This document shows, one piece after another, positions 50,201 to 63,100 of a stretch of DNA of 64,000 nt. The stretch is taken from NCBI RefSeq assembly GCF_963921235.1, contig NC_086107.1:102674001-102738000 (forward strand), given 5' to 3'. The DNA comes from Mobula hypostoma. Its lineage: Eukaryota. Within the stretch, counting starts at the first letter, position 1. Each line of letters starts with the position of its first letter. A program made the position numbers and the translations under genes. A model generated the notes under the pieces. That model saw nothing but the letters and a program-made list of their open reading frames with translations. It ran no database searches and was not told the origin of the DNA.

Positions 50201-52100
50201 ACTTTAGGGATGACCAAAGCTGGGTGGAGGAAACCTGATGAGAGCTAAGAACAAGCTTGGGCTTATTACCGATTAGTCAGCAAATTAGCACAGGAGTAGA
50301 GGGGAAAACTGAAGGTTAATGGAAAAAAGATTGGGGTCAAGATGAGGGATCCTTTTTCTCCCTCTCTTGTTTAGAATCTCTGAATACTCATTACAGCCTT
50401 TTATCTTCTTATCATTAAGATCATATTTACTTGTTTATATATATATATATATATAAAAATATATATAATTATACATATAAAGTCCCTTGCTATGATAATG
50501 CTTGGGGCCGTCCGTCACTGTGTCGAGTCTACAGGATGTTGACAGACTGAAAATGTTTTACTTTAATGTCCTTTTTAACTTGCTTCAAGAGCATGTGAAC
50601 AGCAGGTCGGCCCCTCCCAGAATAAAGAAAGTAAGCGTAGTGATATATTATAGGCCTATGTTGATGCAGAGGCTAGTTTGGTGAATATGTAAATGTAAAA
50701 TTCATCACTGATGTGGATTAGTAATCCTGATTTTTTTGAGATATAATTGAAGACTATAATGGAAACTAGTATGAACAGGGACTTGTAATAGTACTGCATG
50801 CAAAGGATAATGTTAAAAGTGTTATTAATGTGTTTGTACTTGCAGAGAAACCTGCTTAAATGGTCACTTTCATACTAAATTACCATTGTACTGCGAACGT
50901 GGCTGGATGTGGCCTTTGGTCAGAGCTGGAAAAACTTCTTCAGAAATAGGATCCCCTCAGCTGACTCCAACCCCATCAGATCCCATTCCTGTTAGAGCTT
51001 CACCCACCCATAAACCCCCATTTCCTGGCCAAAGGCCATCATCGCTTCTGATCTAAATGCAACCCCCATTATACACTCCATAGAGAGACTCACACCCCTG
51101 AACAAAACCAAAACTCGTCACAGCGTCCAAAACAGCACTCGAGAAGCTGGTCTATCAGCTGGTCCCAGGAGCTAAAACCGGGATCTGCTGTAGAACAAAG
51201 ACAGAAATGAAAGTTACGGAATTGTACAGCTCAAAAGAGGCTATTTGGCCATCAAGTGATTCGGAGAGCAGCTCCAATAATGCCACGCCTTCCTGTAGTT
51301 TATTTTTCTTTTCAGGTATACATTCTTTCAAAGTTACTCTTCAACCTGGTTTCTGGGCAGTATGTTTCAGTTTATAATATTGTTTAAAATAATCCTGCCC
51401 CCTCTCCTCTTTGCTTCTTTAGTTAATTCTTCTGGGCTTGCCAGTTGCCCAAGTCCTCCCTTTCCTAAACTGCTCCCTGTACTGTACATCTACCATAGAA
51501 GGTTGCCACAAACCATGAGACTAGATGATATGTTGGGGTTGATGCAGATGGAGGGGTGGTTATGAGGTGAGGTATAGAGGTATCTGTCACCCTCAGCTAT
51601 AAAGGTGGCTTGTGGCACAGGTCACTAACTCAATTTTATGAAACTTCTGTACCCTCCTGGTCACCAACTTTTGGAGAGCAGTCCTGAGCGATAATGTAAG
51701 TAAAAATAGGACTCATGTTCTCGAACAAAAACTCACCTCCACCACACCAGACGTCGCCTTCCTGACCCTAACCTCCCACAGTTATGTGCTGTAGACTAGG
51801 ATAATGAGATTGAAGTGTTTTGGGGTCAAGTACAAGGGAGAGAGCTCACATTTGGACCCACAGGTGTCCATATAATGCAGGTTTAACTGTAAGTCCATTG
51901 GATCAGCCTAGTCCATTAATGGAGCAGGTTTATAAAACGTGTGTTTTATCGATGTGGGGGCTTAATCCCCAGACAGTGTTGGTAAATTATGTAGGAACAT
52001 TCCTGTTAAGAAATTTTATATTTCACTTTCCAGTAAATTTGTTTCTCTTTATTTGAATCCAAAGCTGTGGAATATACTTCGTTTATTAAAATTATTCAAA
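44263..52100 (+). other. Putative long 3' UTR / repeat-poor region downstream of the stop
   Basis: Few recognisable young TEs. Candidate poly(A) signals: ATTAAA 48710, AATAAA 48766, 49405, 49813, 50621, ATTAAA 52085. True end unknown. Confidence 0.45.
50436..50478. repeat. (TA)n microsatellite
   Basis: Direct reading of the sequence. Confidence 0.85.
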
Positions 52101-52343
52101 CTTCAGATAATTGGTACAAAAGCGAACACCTGCAGATGCCAGAAACCTGAAATAAAAACAGGAAATACTGTAAGTGCTCAATGTGGGGAAATGAGAGATC
52201 AAGTTTCAACAGCAGTTACAGAATAAGCAAGTAAAGAATCAGAGAAAGGGTGGTAGAGAAGAAAACCAATAATCTGACATAGACTGGCATCCAGAGGTGA
52301 TTTAAATGGATAAAAGATGTATAACAATCTACAGATAATACTC

Positions 52344-52795
52344 AAACACGAGGAAATCTACAGATGCTGGAATTTCAAGCAACACACATAAAAGTTGCTG
52401 GTGAACGCAGCAGGCCAGGCAGCATCTCTAGGAAGAGGTACAGTCGACGTTATTTATATACACACATTCTTTTCCTCTCTCTCCTTTTTTTCCCCTCTGT
52501 CCCTCTGACTATACCCCTTGCCCATCCTCTGGGTCATCCCCCCCCTTCCTTCTCCCTGGGCCTCCTGTCCCATGATTCTCTCATATCCCTTTTGCCAATC
52601 ACCTGTCCAGTTCTTGGCTCCATCCCTCCCCCTCCTGTCTTCTCCTATCATTCTGGATCTCCCCCTCCCCCTCCCACTTTCAAATCTCTTACTAACTCTT
52701 CCTTCAGTTAGTCCTGACGAAGGATCTCGGCCCAAAACGTCGACTGTACCTCTTCCTAGAGATGCTGCCTGGCCTGCTGCGTTCACCAGCAACTT
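52344..52795 (+). mobile_element. Penelope-derived insertion: inverted terminal segment, 3' UTR and hammerhead-like motif (52710-52745), 14-bp TSD
   Basis: tacagataatactc at 52330-52343 and 52796-52809. 52390-52450 is inverted relative to 52736-52796. The body is the reverse complement of 59030-59375. Confidence 0.88.
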
Positions 52796-55700
52796 TACAG
52801 ATAATACTCTATAGATGGAATGGAGTGTGTGACTTGCCTTACAGCAAAGTCTGGAAGACAAAACAAATAAAATTTATTCATTGAAAATTCTATTTAAACA
52901 TCTAGAGAGGGATTCAGAACTGCTTCAACTCCTGATAAAAGGGTAATCTCTCAAGAAATCTGTGCTGAATGAAGGATAGATGCACATTTCTACCTGAAAG
53001 GATTAGAAGGATATAGGCTGAATTCAGGCAACTGGGACTAGCTCAGGTAGGCATCTTGGTCGGCATGGATGAGTTGGGCCGAAGGGTCTGTTTCCACGCT
53101 GCACAATTCTATGACACTAGAATTGGTCTCAATCCATTTGATTACCAGGTTTGATTGACAGGCAAATGGCCCAATCATAGTCATCTCTGTTTAGCAACCA
53201 ATAATGTGAAATCAGTAAAGAAATTAAAGCTGGATTAAGGAAGGGCATAAATAGAAACAGCGAGACCAGCTCCTGTTCAGAGCAGCACTGATACCAGTAC
53301 TAAACTGTTAAAATTTAATGTCAAAACCAGATCTGTAGATAAAATAATGAGCTATTACATCAACATAGAACAGTTAAATCTTTTACACAAGAGATTCTGC
53401 AGATGCTGGAGATCCAGAGCAACACACATAAAATGCTGGAGGATCTCAGCAGGTCAGGAAGCATTTATAAACATGAATAAACGGTTGGTGTTTCTGGCCA
53501 AGAACTTTCATCAGGACTGAAATTTTTAAATTTCATTCCATATAAAAAATTATTTAGATAAATTCAATTGCTTAGATATATCTGTATAACTGTATCTAAA
53601 ATTATTCCATTTATCTATTTATCTTCCATCCCATTAGCAGATGTGATCATTTTGAATGGTGGGGCAGGGTCAAGTGGTTTACTCATACTCTGCTCCACTT
53701 GCTCATAGAGTAGCAGCACGCAAACACCCCCTTCAGCCCAGCTTGTCAATGCCAACCAAGATGCGCATCTAAGCTAGTCCCATTTACCCATGTTTAGCCT
53801 ATGAACCTAAGCAGAGTCATAATTTGGACAAAGGAAAGTGGCTGTGGCTGTTGGTGACCTATCATCTAAGTTTCAGGACATCAGCCTGACCTTCCCTCCA
53901 GCACAGGGGTTCATTTTTATGCCATGGACCCTTACCATTAACTGAGGGGTCTGTGGACCCCAGTTTGGGAACCCTTGCTCTAGCAAACAGAAGTAGGGAT
54001 GTTCACTGTTGAGTGTAGATGTTTTAGTTCCATTCACAACCCCTCAGCGATGGAAGATATCCTTACTTGTATGCAATAAGATCAAGTCAACATTCAGGTG
54101 TGGGCCTGTAAATGGTAACAGTCGCACTACAAAAGTGTGGTACAATGGCTGTCTCCAACGAGAGGGAAACAAGCTACCTACGCTTAACATTAAATGATAT
54201 TTCCATCACTGTGTCCCCTTTTAATATTCTGGGAGTCACCATCAATGATGTGACTACAAGAACCGGCTGGGTTCCATAATGATCGCATTGGGAGGGAGCT
54301 GCCATTTCACCCTGCGCTGATGCTGAAAGAATCAAATGAGGATAAATATTAGCCTTCCCACTCTTAGACCAGGAGGTCCTTCAAAAGAGTTTACTTACTA
54401 AAGTCCAAGTGGAAAACTATTGGACATCCACTGTAAGAACTGGATTATTTCTTCAAAGTACGGTGGCGATGCTAGCTGCACTAGCCTGCAAAACTGAGGC
54501 CTCTGAGTCATTGTGTCTGCAACGTTTCAACTCGCCTCACCAGATGGCACCTGACCATGGGACCCAGCAAAAGAGTTATCACTCACGTTCACATCAGAGA
54601 GGACATGCAGGAGCTTGAAGACTTGCCCGATGTTTTAGGAATAGCTACTTCCCCTCCGCCATCAGAATTCTGAATAGGCAATGAAGCAACCCATTGCCAC
54701 ACCATTTTGCCCTCTTTTTGCACTACTTGTTTAATTTATATGTGTAATTCGCAGTATTTTTATGTATTGCATTGTGTTGCTGTTGCAAAGCAACAAATTT
54801 CATGTAATACATCAGTGATAACAAACCTGATTCTGATCCGGCTGGTGCATTTTGGGATCTCTGAGGCAGTAGAATCCATGAATGCTTTATTGTTCATCTG
54901 CTGACATTTCCTGGCTAATCTGATTCATGGGTGCCCCCTGACCCGGGGATGCTGTCTTCAACTGTACTGGGCATTTCACTCAAGCCCTCATCCCTATACC
55001 CACTGCTGTCCCTTCCTGGACACCCTATCAGTGTGTATTAATGGTTTCAAATCCAAACCAGGCTGATCTTCCCCGGTTATTTATTAAGGCTTTGTCACCA
55101 ACACCGTGTCGATTAAGCAAACCAGAAAGTGGATCAGATTTCATTCAGTTCGTTGACTCAGACTAGTGGCACCTACCGTTGTATTTCTTCACCTTTCTAC
55201 CCGTTGAACTAATTGTGATGCCTGGGAGCTTACAAAGAACAGGTTTGAGATCGTTTGGATGACAAATTTGCCATGTGTAACACTGACCCAGTTTCTGATT
55301 GGCTGCAGCAGTGAGAATTTCACAAATCAGTCTCCTCCCATACCCGTCAGCTGCTTGGGCAACTGAAAAGTTCAGATCTAATTAGCTAGTTGCACGCATC
55401 CTCTGAAATCAACACTTGATGTTGTATAACAGGAAGGTTCCATTTACAGAACCAGACTGTATCTAATTCCACTCCCTCCTGGGTGGCAGTCCCTTTATAT
55501 GTGCAATAAAAAAACACAAAATGCTGGAAACACTCAGCAAGTCGGACAGCATCGGCACAGAGGGAACCTTTCAGAGCAAAGACTTTCCATTAGAGTGCAA
55601 TAGTCATCAATTGTCGAAACTTGCGCTGGGAAATTCTGATGTATTTTACAGAACAAAATATCCCAAGGCGCTTCAAAGCAATGCGTCTAAGCAATATTTC

Positions 55701-58413
55701 ATTCTTAGCGGCATATTAGGAAAGAAGGTGAGAAGCTTTATGGAGCATCTTAAAAAAAAAATGAAACTCAGAAGTACATTTAGGGAAGAGGTTAAGGGGG
55801 GGAAGTTCAGGTAATAGTGCCATGGCATCAGAAGACAGCCATGGCTGCATGGTAGTGCAGTGGTTAGTGTAACGCTATTACAATGCCAGCGATTAGTGAC
55901 TGGGGTTCAATTCCCACCACGGTCTGTAAGGAAATTGTACAGTCTCACCACGACCACATGGGTTTCTTCCAGGTGCTCTGGTTTCCTCCCACAGTCCAAA
56001 GACTATAGGTTAGAGTTAGTAAGCTGTGGGCCTGCCACACTGGCACCAGAAGCATAGTGACACTTGCAGGCTGCACCCCACCCCCTGCCCCAGCACATAT
56101 TTGGACTGTGTTGCAAATGACGCATTTCACTGTATGTTTCAATATTTTGAGTACGTGTGAAAAACAAAGCTAATCTTGACCTTAAATCTAAAGTTAGGAA
56201 AGTGGTAATTGTCACAGTTCCAGGTATGGAAATGATATCAAGGACCATATATCCCTGGAGACACAAGACACCATAGACACTGGAACCCAGGAGATCAGGC
56301 AGCACCTATGGAGGGTAATGGACAGTCCAAGCTTCAGGTGGAAACTCTTCATCGTGTACCTTTGACCTCTCTTGACTTGTTATTAGAAGATATTGTATGT
56401 GCCACACTTAAGGGATCATACCTATCCACTATACATATTCTGTGGTTTGGAATTAGAGCACAGCAGAAACCCATGTACCCCATTGTGCAAGTGACTGCTC
56501 CTTGAACTATTACTCTAAGCCTCTGCTCTTCCCAGAGCTCTGTTGCCTCTATGACTACTTACCCAATTCACTTTTGAAAATTGAAATTTGGTTACACAGC
56601 CCTTTCAGTAGTTACAATCCAGGTGGTGACACTTCGTGAAAACAATTCTCTACCTCCCTCACTCTCCGGTTTGTCAATGCCTCATGCAACTACAGGAGCT
56701 TTAGTATACATGCTTCTGCTTATTTTTTATTGTTTATTATTTATTATTGAGAGACAGCATGAATAGGCCCTTTTGGCCCTTCGAGCCATGCTGCCCAGCA
56801 ATCCCCCGATTTAATCCTAGTCTAACCATGGGACAATTTACAATGACCAATTAATCTACTAACTGCTACATACTTGGACTGTGGGAGGAAAACTGGAACA
56901 CCCAGAGGAAACCCATGTGGTCACAGCAAGAACGTACAAACTCCTTACAGGCAGCGGTGGGAATTGAACCCTGGTCTCCTGTGCCGTAAAGCATTCTGCT
57001 AGCCACTTACACTACCATGCCAAGAGCCAAACCCTCCCTCAAGATGATGTCATTTTTACTCCTTCCAATCTAATACAATGCATTCAGTGCCCATAATGTG
57101 GTTTCCACTGCACTGGAGAAAGCAAACAGATTAGGCTACTCCTTTGCAGAAAATCTCCATTAGTCTGCTAGGATGGCCCTGGTCTTTTACCTGTCTCTGG
57201 CTTTAATTCCCCATCCCACTCCCACTCTGCTGTATCGTTGGTCTCTTACACTGTTCCAGTGAAGCCCAACATTGACTCAAGGAACTGCATCTCATCTTCC
57301 ATTTAGGTATGCTACAGGGTTCAACTCTTGTCGACCAGATAGATGAAAGATCATCGAACAAGTATATCAACTCTCTTTCTCTCTCTCTCACCACAGATGA
57401 AGCCTTACCTCGTGAGTATTACCACCACTTTTTTGCTCATTTTTCGGATTTCCAGCACTGCAGTTTTTGGAATTTCAGTCCTAAAAGGTTCTAACTTTTA
57501 TAAGGTCTTGGCCCGAAACATTGACTCTATTCCTTTCCATAGATGCTGCCAGACATGCTCCAGTGTTCTGTGTGTGTGTGTGTTACACTTAATGTTTATA
57601 AAATGCACACAGGTCCTAGTGGATATTAGATTAGATTATGAGGACATGCAGTCCTCTTTTATTGTCATTTAGTAATGCATGCATTAAGAAATGATACAAT
57701 GTTTTTCCAGAATGATATCACAGAGACACATGACAAACCAGGACTGAAAAACTGACAAAAACCACATAATTATAACATATAGTTACAACAGTGCAAAGCA
57801 ATACTGTAATTTGATGGAAGAACAGACCATGGGCACGGTAAAAAAAAAGTCTCAAAGTCTCTCGAAAGTCCCATCATCTCACGCAGACGGTAGAAGGAAT
57901 AAAAACTCTCCTTCCCATGAACCTCCAGCGCCGCAAACTTGCCAATGCAGCACCCTGGAAGCACCCGACCACAGCCGACTCTTGAGTCCGTCCGAAAACT
58001 TCGAGCCTCCGACCAGCCCTCCGACACCGAGCACCGAGCACCATCTCTGCCGAGCGCTTCGACCCTGGCCCCGGCAACAGGCAATAGGCAAAGCCGAGGA
58101 TTTGGGGAATTCCCCTCCGGAGATTCTCAGGAGAATCAAAGTTTACATCTCAATCTTTCTCACCCCTCTGGTCCTTTATCCAATCTAATGGTCGTTTTTG
58201 TGCTTTGTTTATACTATTTTTACACTCTACTGACAAAACCATACCCTTGTGCTAGATAACTATTCATCATCTGCAAGCAGATTAGTGTTTTACATAACAG
58301 CTCAAACAAACCAATTATTTTATTTAGACCAAAGAAGGTTAATAGATTTAATAGAGGTGTTGAAAATTATGAAATTAAATTAGTTCCAAGAGAGTCAGTA
58401 AACAAATTACATA

Positions 58414-58749
58414 GTAGTACTAGGCAGCCGTCGATCCCAGGAAATCACGGGTTTGTGCCTCTGTGGACTGTGTCCTCTCCAGGGCGCAAAGCTGGGCGGA
58501 AAGATTTGTTACCCATGCAGCGGGCTCCCCCTCTGATGTAGTCCAAGGGAAGGGCAAGTGCTGATGCAGTTTGGCACCAGTGTCATTGCAGAGGTTGCCA
58601 GAGTGAAGTTGTAAACAACATCAAACTGCCTGAGGGACCCCGGCTCCGGATTTCCTACTTGGGGTTTACTCCCGAAGCCCACCCCATGGGTGGGTATAGC
58701 CGCAAGGCAGCGGAGGTTTAAAATCAGAGCTTTCCTTCTCCAAATAAAC
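58414..58749 (-). mobile_element. Non-LTR retroposon fragment (RTE-related or SINE) with 14-bp TSD
   Basis: aaacaaattacata at 58400-58413 and 58750-58763; short trinucleotide tail at the left end. Confidence 0.7.
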
Positions 58750-58983
58750 AAACAAATTACATAACTTTAAGATAACCGCCAGAAGTGTGAGTTTTCATTT
58801 CGGCCAGTTAGCAAAGACGTGAAAGAAGATTCAGATGGGAGAGGCAGATTCAATTGACTCCTGGATTACAACAGGATATTAGATGTACCGAAAAGCAGGA
58901 AATAATCCTCGGGGCGGGCGGGGGAAGAGCAGAGAACTGGCAACATGTTTCTTTCCAAAGTCTGCACAGGAATAATGAGCAGA

Positions 58984-59606
58984 CAACAGGAATTCTGCAG
59001 ATGCTGGAAATTCAAGCAACACACATCAGTTGCTGGTGAACGCAGCGGGCCAGGCAGCATCTACAGGAAGAGGTACAGTCCATGTTTTGGGCCGAGACCC
59101 TTCGTCAGGACTAACTGAAAGAAGAGCTAGTAAGAGATTTGAAAGTGGGAGGGGGAGGGGCAGATCCGAAATGATAGGAGAAGACAGGAGGGGGAGGGAT
59201 GGAGCCAAGAGCTGGACAGGTGATTGGCAAAGGGGATATGAGAGGATCATGGGACAGGAGGCCCAGGGAGAAGGAAAAAAAGGGGGGGGAACCCAGAGGA
59301 TGGGCAAGGGGTATAGTCAGAGGGACAGAGGGAGAAAAAGGAGAGAGAGAGAGAAAGAATGCGTGTATATAAATAAATAACGGATGGGGTACGGGGGGAG
59401 GTGGGCATTAGCGGAAGTTAGAGAAGTCAATGTTCATGCCATCAGGTTGGAGGCTACCCAGACGGAATATAAGGTGTTGTTCCTCCAACCTGAGTGTGGC
59501 TTCATCTTTACAGTAGAGGAGGCCGTGGATAGACATGTCAGAATGGGAATGGGATGTGGAATTAAAATGTGTGGCCACTGGGAGATCCTGCTTTCCCTGG
59601 CGGACA
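58984..59606 (-). mobile_element. Penelope-like retroelement 3' end: GIY-YIG endonuclease C-terminus, pyrimidine-rich UTR, hammerhead-like motif
   Basis: ORF 59408-59626 LPVATHFNSTSHS..LRLEEQHLIFRLGSLQPDGMN is characteristic of PLE endonuclease ends. Minus strand reads agtc CTGACGA agggtctcggccc aaaac atg gact at 59077-59112. Confidence 0.88.
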
Positions 59607-60069
59607 GAGCAGAGTAACTCATTCATAATGTATGAATTATATAAATATACATTATGTTTATGTCATTCTAATAGAACTATATATATACATAATATATGCT
59701 TCTGTAATTCCAGTAGAACAAGACCGAAGCTGTGGCCTTGCTGATCCTCGTGGTTCAATCCTACACTGAAGATCACACTCTCTGAAGGAAGGCCACCACT
59801 GTTACAGTCTATATTTATTTTTAAGCATACATCCCACAGATCAGAAAACTGTATGCAAACTCCATTCTAATGTCAGCTTTACTTTAGAGACTTCTGTAAC
59901 AGAGAGCTGCTAAGGCAGGGAGTCCCACCTTCTTTATGCCATGGACCCCTACCATTATCCAAGGCGTCTGTGGACTTCGGGTGGGAACCCCTGTTCTAGG
60001 GCCTCTTCTGGAGAAATCTGAATGTCTGAGGCATCCCAGAGTTTGTCATACCGCCCCCCCCTTAGGATG

Positions 60070-60968
60070 TATGTACAAGGATGAAACAGCCTACAGGCTT
60101 GAGGTGGATCATCTGACGGAGTGGTGTAAGGACAACCACCTGGTCCTTAACACTTCTAAAATGAAAGAGATGATCATTGACTTCAGGAGGTCAAAGGACA
60201 GAGTACACACCCCCCTCCATATACATGGAGAGGTAGTGGAAAGTGTGGAAAACCTAAAGTTCCTTGGAGCTATGTTGTCAAAACAGCTGACATGGACCAC
60301 CAACACCTCGTTGCTTGTAAAAAAGGCACAACAAAGACTCTTCTTCATCAGAAAGCTGAAACAGGCCAAACTCCCACAAAAGCTGTTGCTTAACTTCTAC
60401 AGAAGCACAATTGAAGAACAGCACCACAGTGTGGTGTGCCAGCTGCACAGCCGCTGAGCGACAAGACCCGCATCGCGTGGTGAAGGCGGCCCAGACGACT
60501 GTCAGGATGGAGCTCCCAGGACTGGACACCATCTATTCCAGCAGACTCAGGAGGAAAGCAATCAGCATAACCAGAGACACCACACACCCCGGCCACACCC
60601 TGTTTGACCTGCAGTCGTCCAGCAAAAGGTTCAGGACACTAAAAGCCAGAACAAATAGACTGAGGAACAGCTTCTATCCCAGAGCCGTGGCCTCCATCAC
60701 ACCACTCCCACAGAACAATGACTGAAACTGTGAGCACAGACATGCCCACACAAGGACTCAAATAGTTGCACTAACGGCACTTTGTGCATTACTGTGATAT
60801 TCTGGTGCTGCTGCAACTTATTTTCTGTTACTTACCTATTTAATATTGTTTTTCTATTACTGTCTTGTTTTTATCTACCGCTCTATTTAATAGCCTGAGA
60901 GGAAGCCAGAGTTTCATTGTACCGATGTATAATGACAATAAAGATCATTCAGTTCAATTCAGTTCAAC
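60070..60968 (+). mobile_element. Rex1/Babar-like LINE 3' portion with short tandem tail
   Basis: DETAYRLEVDHLTEWCKDNHLVLNTSKMKEMIIDFRR, KKAQQRLFFIRKL and RTNRLRNSFYPRAV; ends aataaa..(ttcag/ttcaa)n. Confidence 0.88.
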
Positions 60969-62249
60969 TTATGTCATTAGAAGCTTGAAGGCTGCACTTG
61001 TTAATCATTTAATGATTAAAATAAAGTAGTGAAACGACACACTGCACACAGTCTTCATGTGCCTTCGTTCCATTTTCGCTCAATAGGCTGCTGCCCTTCT
61101 CCTGGGCTGCCTCCATCTCCGATGGCTTCTCGTTTCATCCTTGTTTTCAGACCCTTCCACCAACTCAGCCCCTCAAACTTTTACAGCAGCCTCCAGCCCT
61201 TCTGCCTGCAGAGATTCCTGCAGTCCTCCCTTTCTGCCCTTTGCTCCGTCACTGGCGGCTGTGTCTATACCTCTGACTCCCTGCACCCAGGAAATCCCAG
61301 CTGATAATTCCCCTCTGTAATGTTCCTTTCAGGATGCTTTGGTCACAAGCTCACCCTTACTGGGGCATCGGCCACTGACAGCAGGTCGCCAGAGTCCTCT
61401 GTGCTGGGCCAGTCTTTCGGACTGTCCCCAGGCTTAGCCCATCTTTGATGATCTTTCCTCTCCCAGGGATGTTTCTGGCATTTCTGCAGCATTGGGTTTT
61501 TATGGAATGGTGTTGCTAGCCCTTCTCCTTTCACATCTGCGTTTGGGACCCTGCGTGGCGGAGTTACGTTTTGGTCAGCTGTCCTAATATCCTCAGTCAC
61601 AGATTCTGAATCCCTCCTTTAGGATATTATACTCTGTTTAAAGGTGTTACATATATACAAATATTTATGACAAAGGTTTTTTCTACTATCAAGGATCTGA
61701 AATGAAACTCAAGGATTCCCAACCTTGGGTCCACGGACCCCTTGTTTAATGGTGTTGGTCTGTGGCATAAAAAAGATTTCTCCATTAACCCCACTGGACG
61801 GTGAGAGTCAGGCACAGCCAGGGGCCATGAGACCCGCTGACTCCGGCCACTCACTGAGACAATTAGCATGCATGTAAAACAGCCGTAAATAGTCGTGTTG
61901 TGCAGATTTACGAGAGTAGGCTCGGCATCAAGAAGCACCTGAGGTTAGTGGGCTGGTCATCTGAAACTTCCAGTAAATGATGATTAGTCTCAAGACCATT
62001 ACTTCCAGAACCTCAACAGAAAATTCATAGGAAAAATGGTTGTTACTTTTACATTTTGTTTTAATGTATTGTTAAGGTATTGGCAATGGTGAGAATCACC
62101 TCAGAATCAGAATTAGGTCTATCATCACTGACTTATGTCATGAACTTCGTTGTTTCATGTCAGTGCAAAACGTAAAAATTATGCTCACACCATTTAAAAA
62201 GTATCAGATATTTGAATTGCCAAGACTGCTGTGTACATACATCTATTGA

Positions 62250-62898
62250 TGCCTCTGGACACATCTTCAGTGATGTTCCTGGAATCATCGGGTGTTTCGG
62301 GTCTTTCAACATCATACAACCTCCTCCAGGTGACCCAGCCGGGGCTGATCAGACCCCAGCTTGTGTCCAGATGGCTAGCTACTTATGACTCCATGGCTCC
62401 CCTCTATTGAGCCACAGCCATCTTGAGGCCCTCTCTGCCGCATCGGTGGTACTGCGGATGGCTCTCCTCTTCCTCTCTCCCTCGATGCCCAAAATGCTGA
62501 AGGCTCTAACTAAGGAACGGGCTACGAATCCCCTACAACCAACCTCCGCTGGGAGACACCTCGCTCTCCATCCAGCCTGCTGACAGTTACTGACCAGTCC
62601 TGTGTACTTGGAGAGCTTCCTTTCAAAGGCCTCTTCCAAGCTATCTTCCCATGGGACTGTCAGCTCCAGCAGCACCACTTGCTTAGTAGACTCAGACACT
62701 AGGACAATGTCTGGTCACAGGGTGGTGGCTGCGATATGGTTGGGGAACTTCAGCTGCCCTTCGAGGTCCGCCAACAACTGCCAGTCCCTTGCAGTGGTCA
62801 GAATGCCTGCAGATGTTCTTTTGGCAGGTATTGGCTGCTCCCCAGCTCTGACAAAGGCAATGGACTGCTTGGAGGGTGGGGACCGCTTCACCCACTCG
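62250..62898 (-). mobile_element. 3' end of a restriction-like endonuclease (RLE) non-LTR retrotransposon, HERO/NeSL/R4-like
   Basis: PDIVLVSESTKQVVLLELTVPWE..AFERKLSKY..L..EVGCRGF, a PD-(D/E)xK-type domain; in-frame stop just before PD. Confidence 0.8.
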
Positions 62899-62953
62899 AC
62901 TAAAATCTAGTGGGGTTAATGTGGGAGGACGGTGTGAGTAGAATGGAGGACTA

Positions 62954-63100
62954 CGTCAGGACTACGAAGGGTCTCGGCCCGAAACGTCGACTGTACCTCT
63001 TCCTATAGATGCCGCCTGGCCTGTTGCATTCACCAGCATTTTTTATGTGTGTTGCTTGAATTTCCAACACCTGCAGATTTCCTCATGTTTACTGTTTTTG
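62954..63100 (+). mobile_element. Penelope-derived terminal fragment with the 3' half of the hammerhead intact
   Basis: cgaagggtctcggcccGAAACGTCgactg followed by the family tail. Confidence 0.8.

Noticed and set aside
53160..55500. CCAAT and RFX-like motifs as a possible promoter of the next gene
   Set aside because: No CpG island or identifiable downstream exon; short motifs alone are insufficient.
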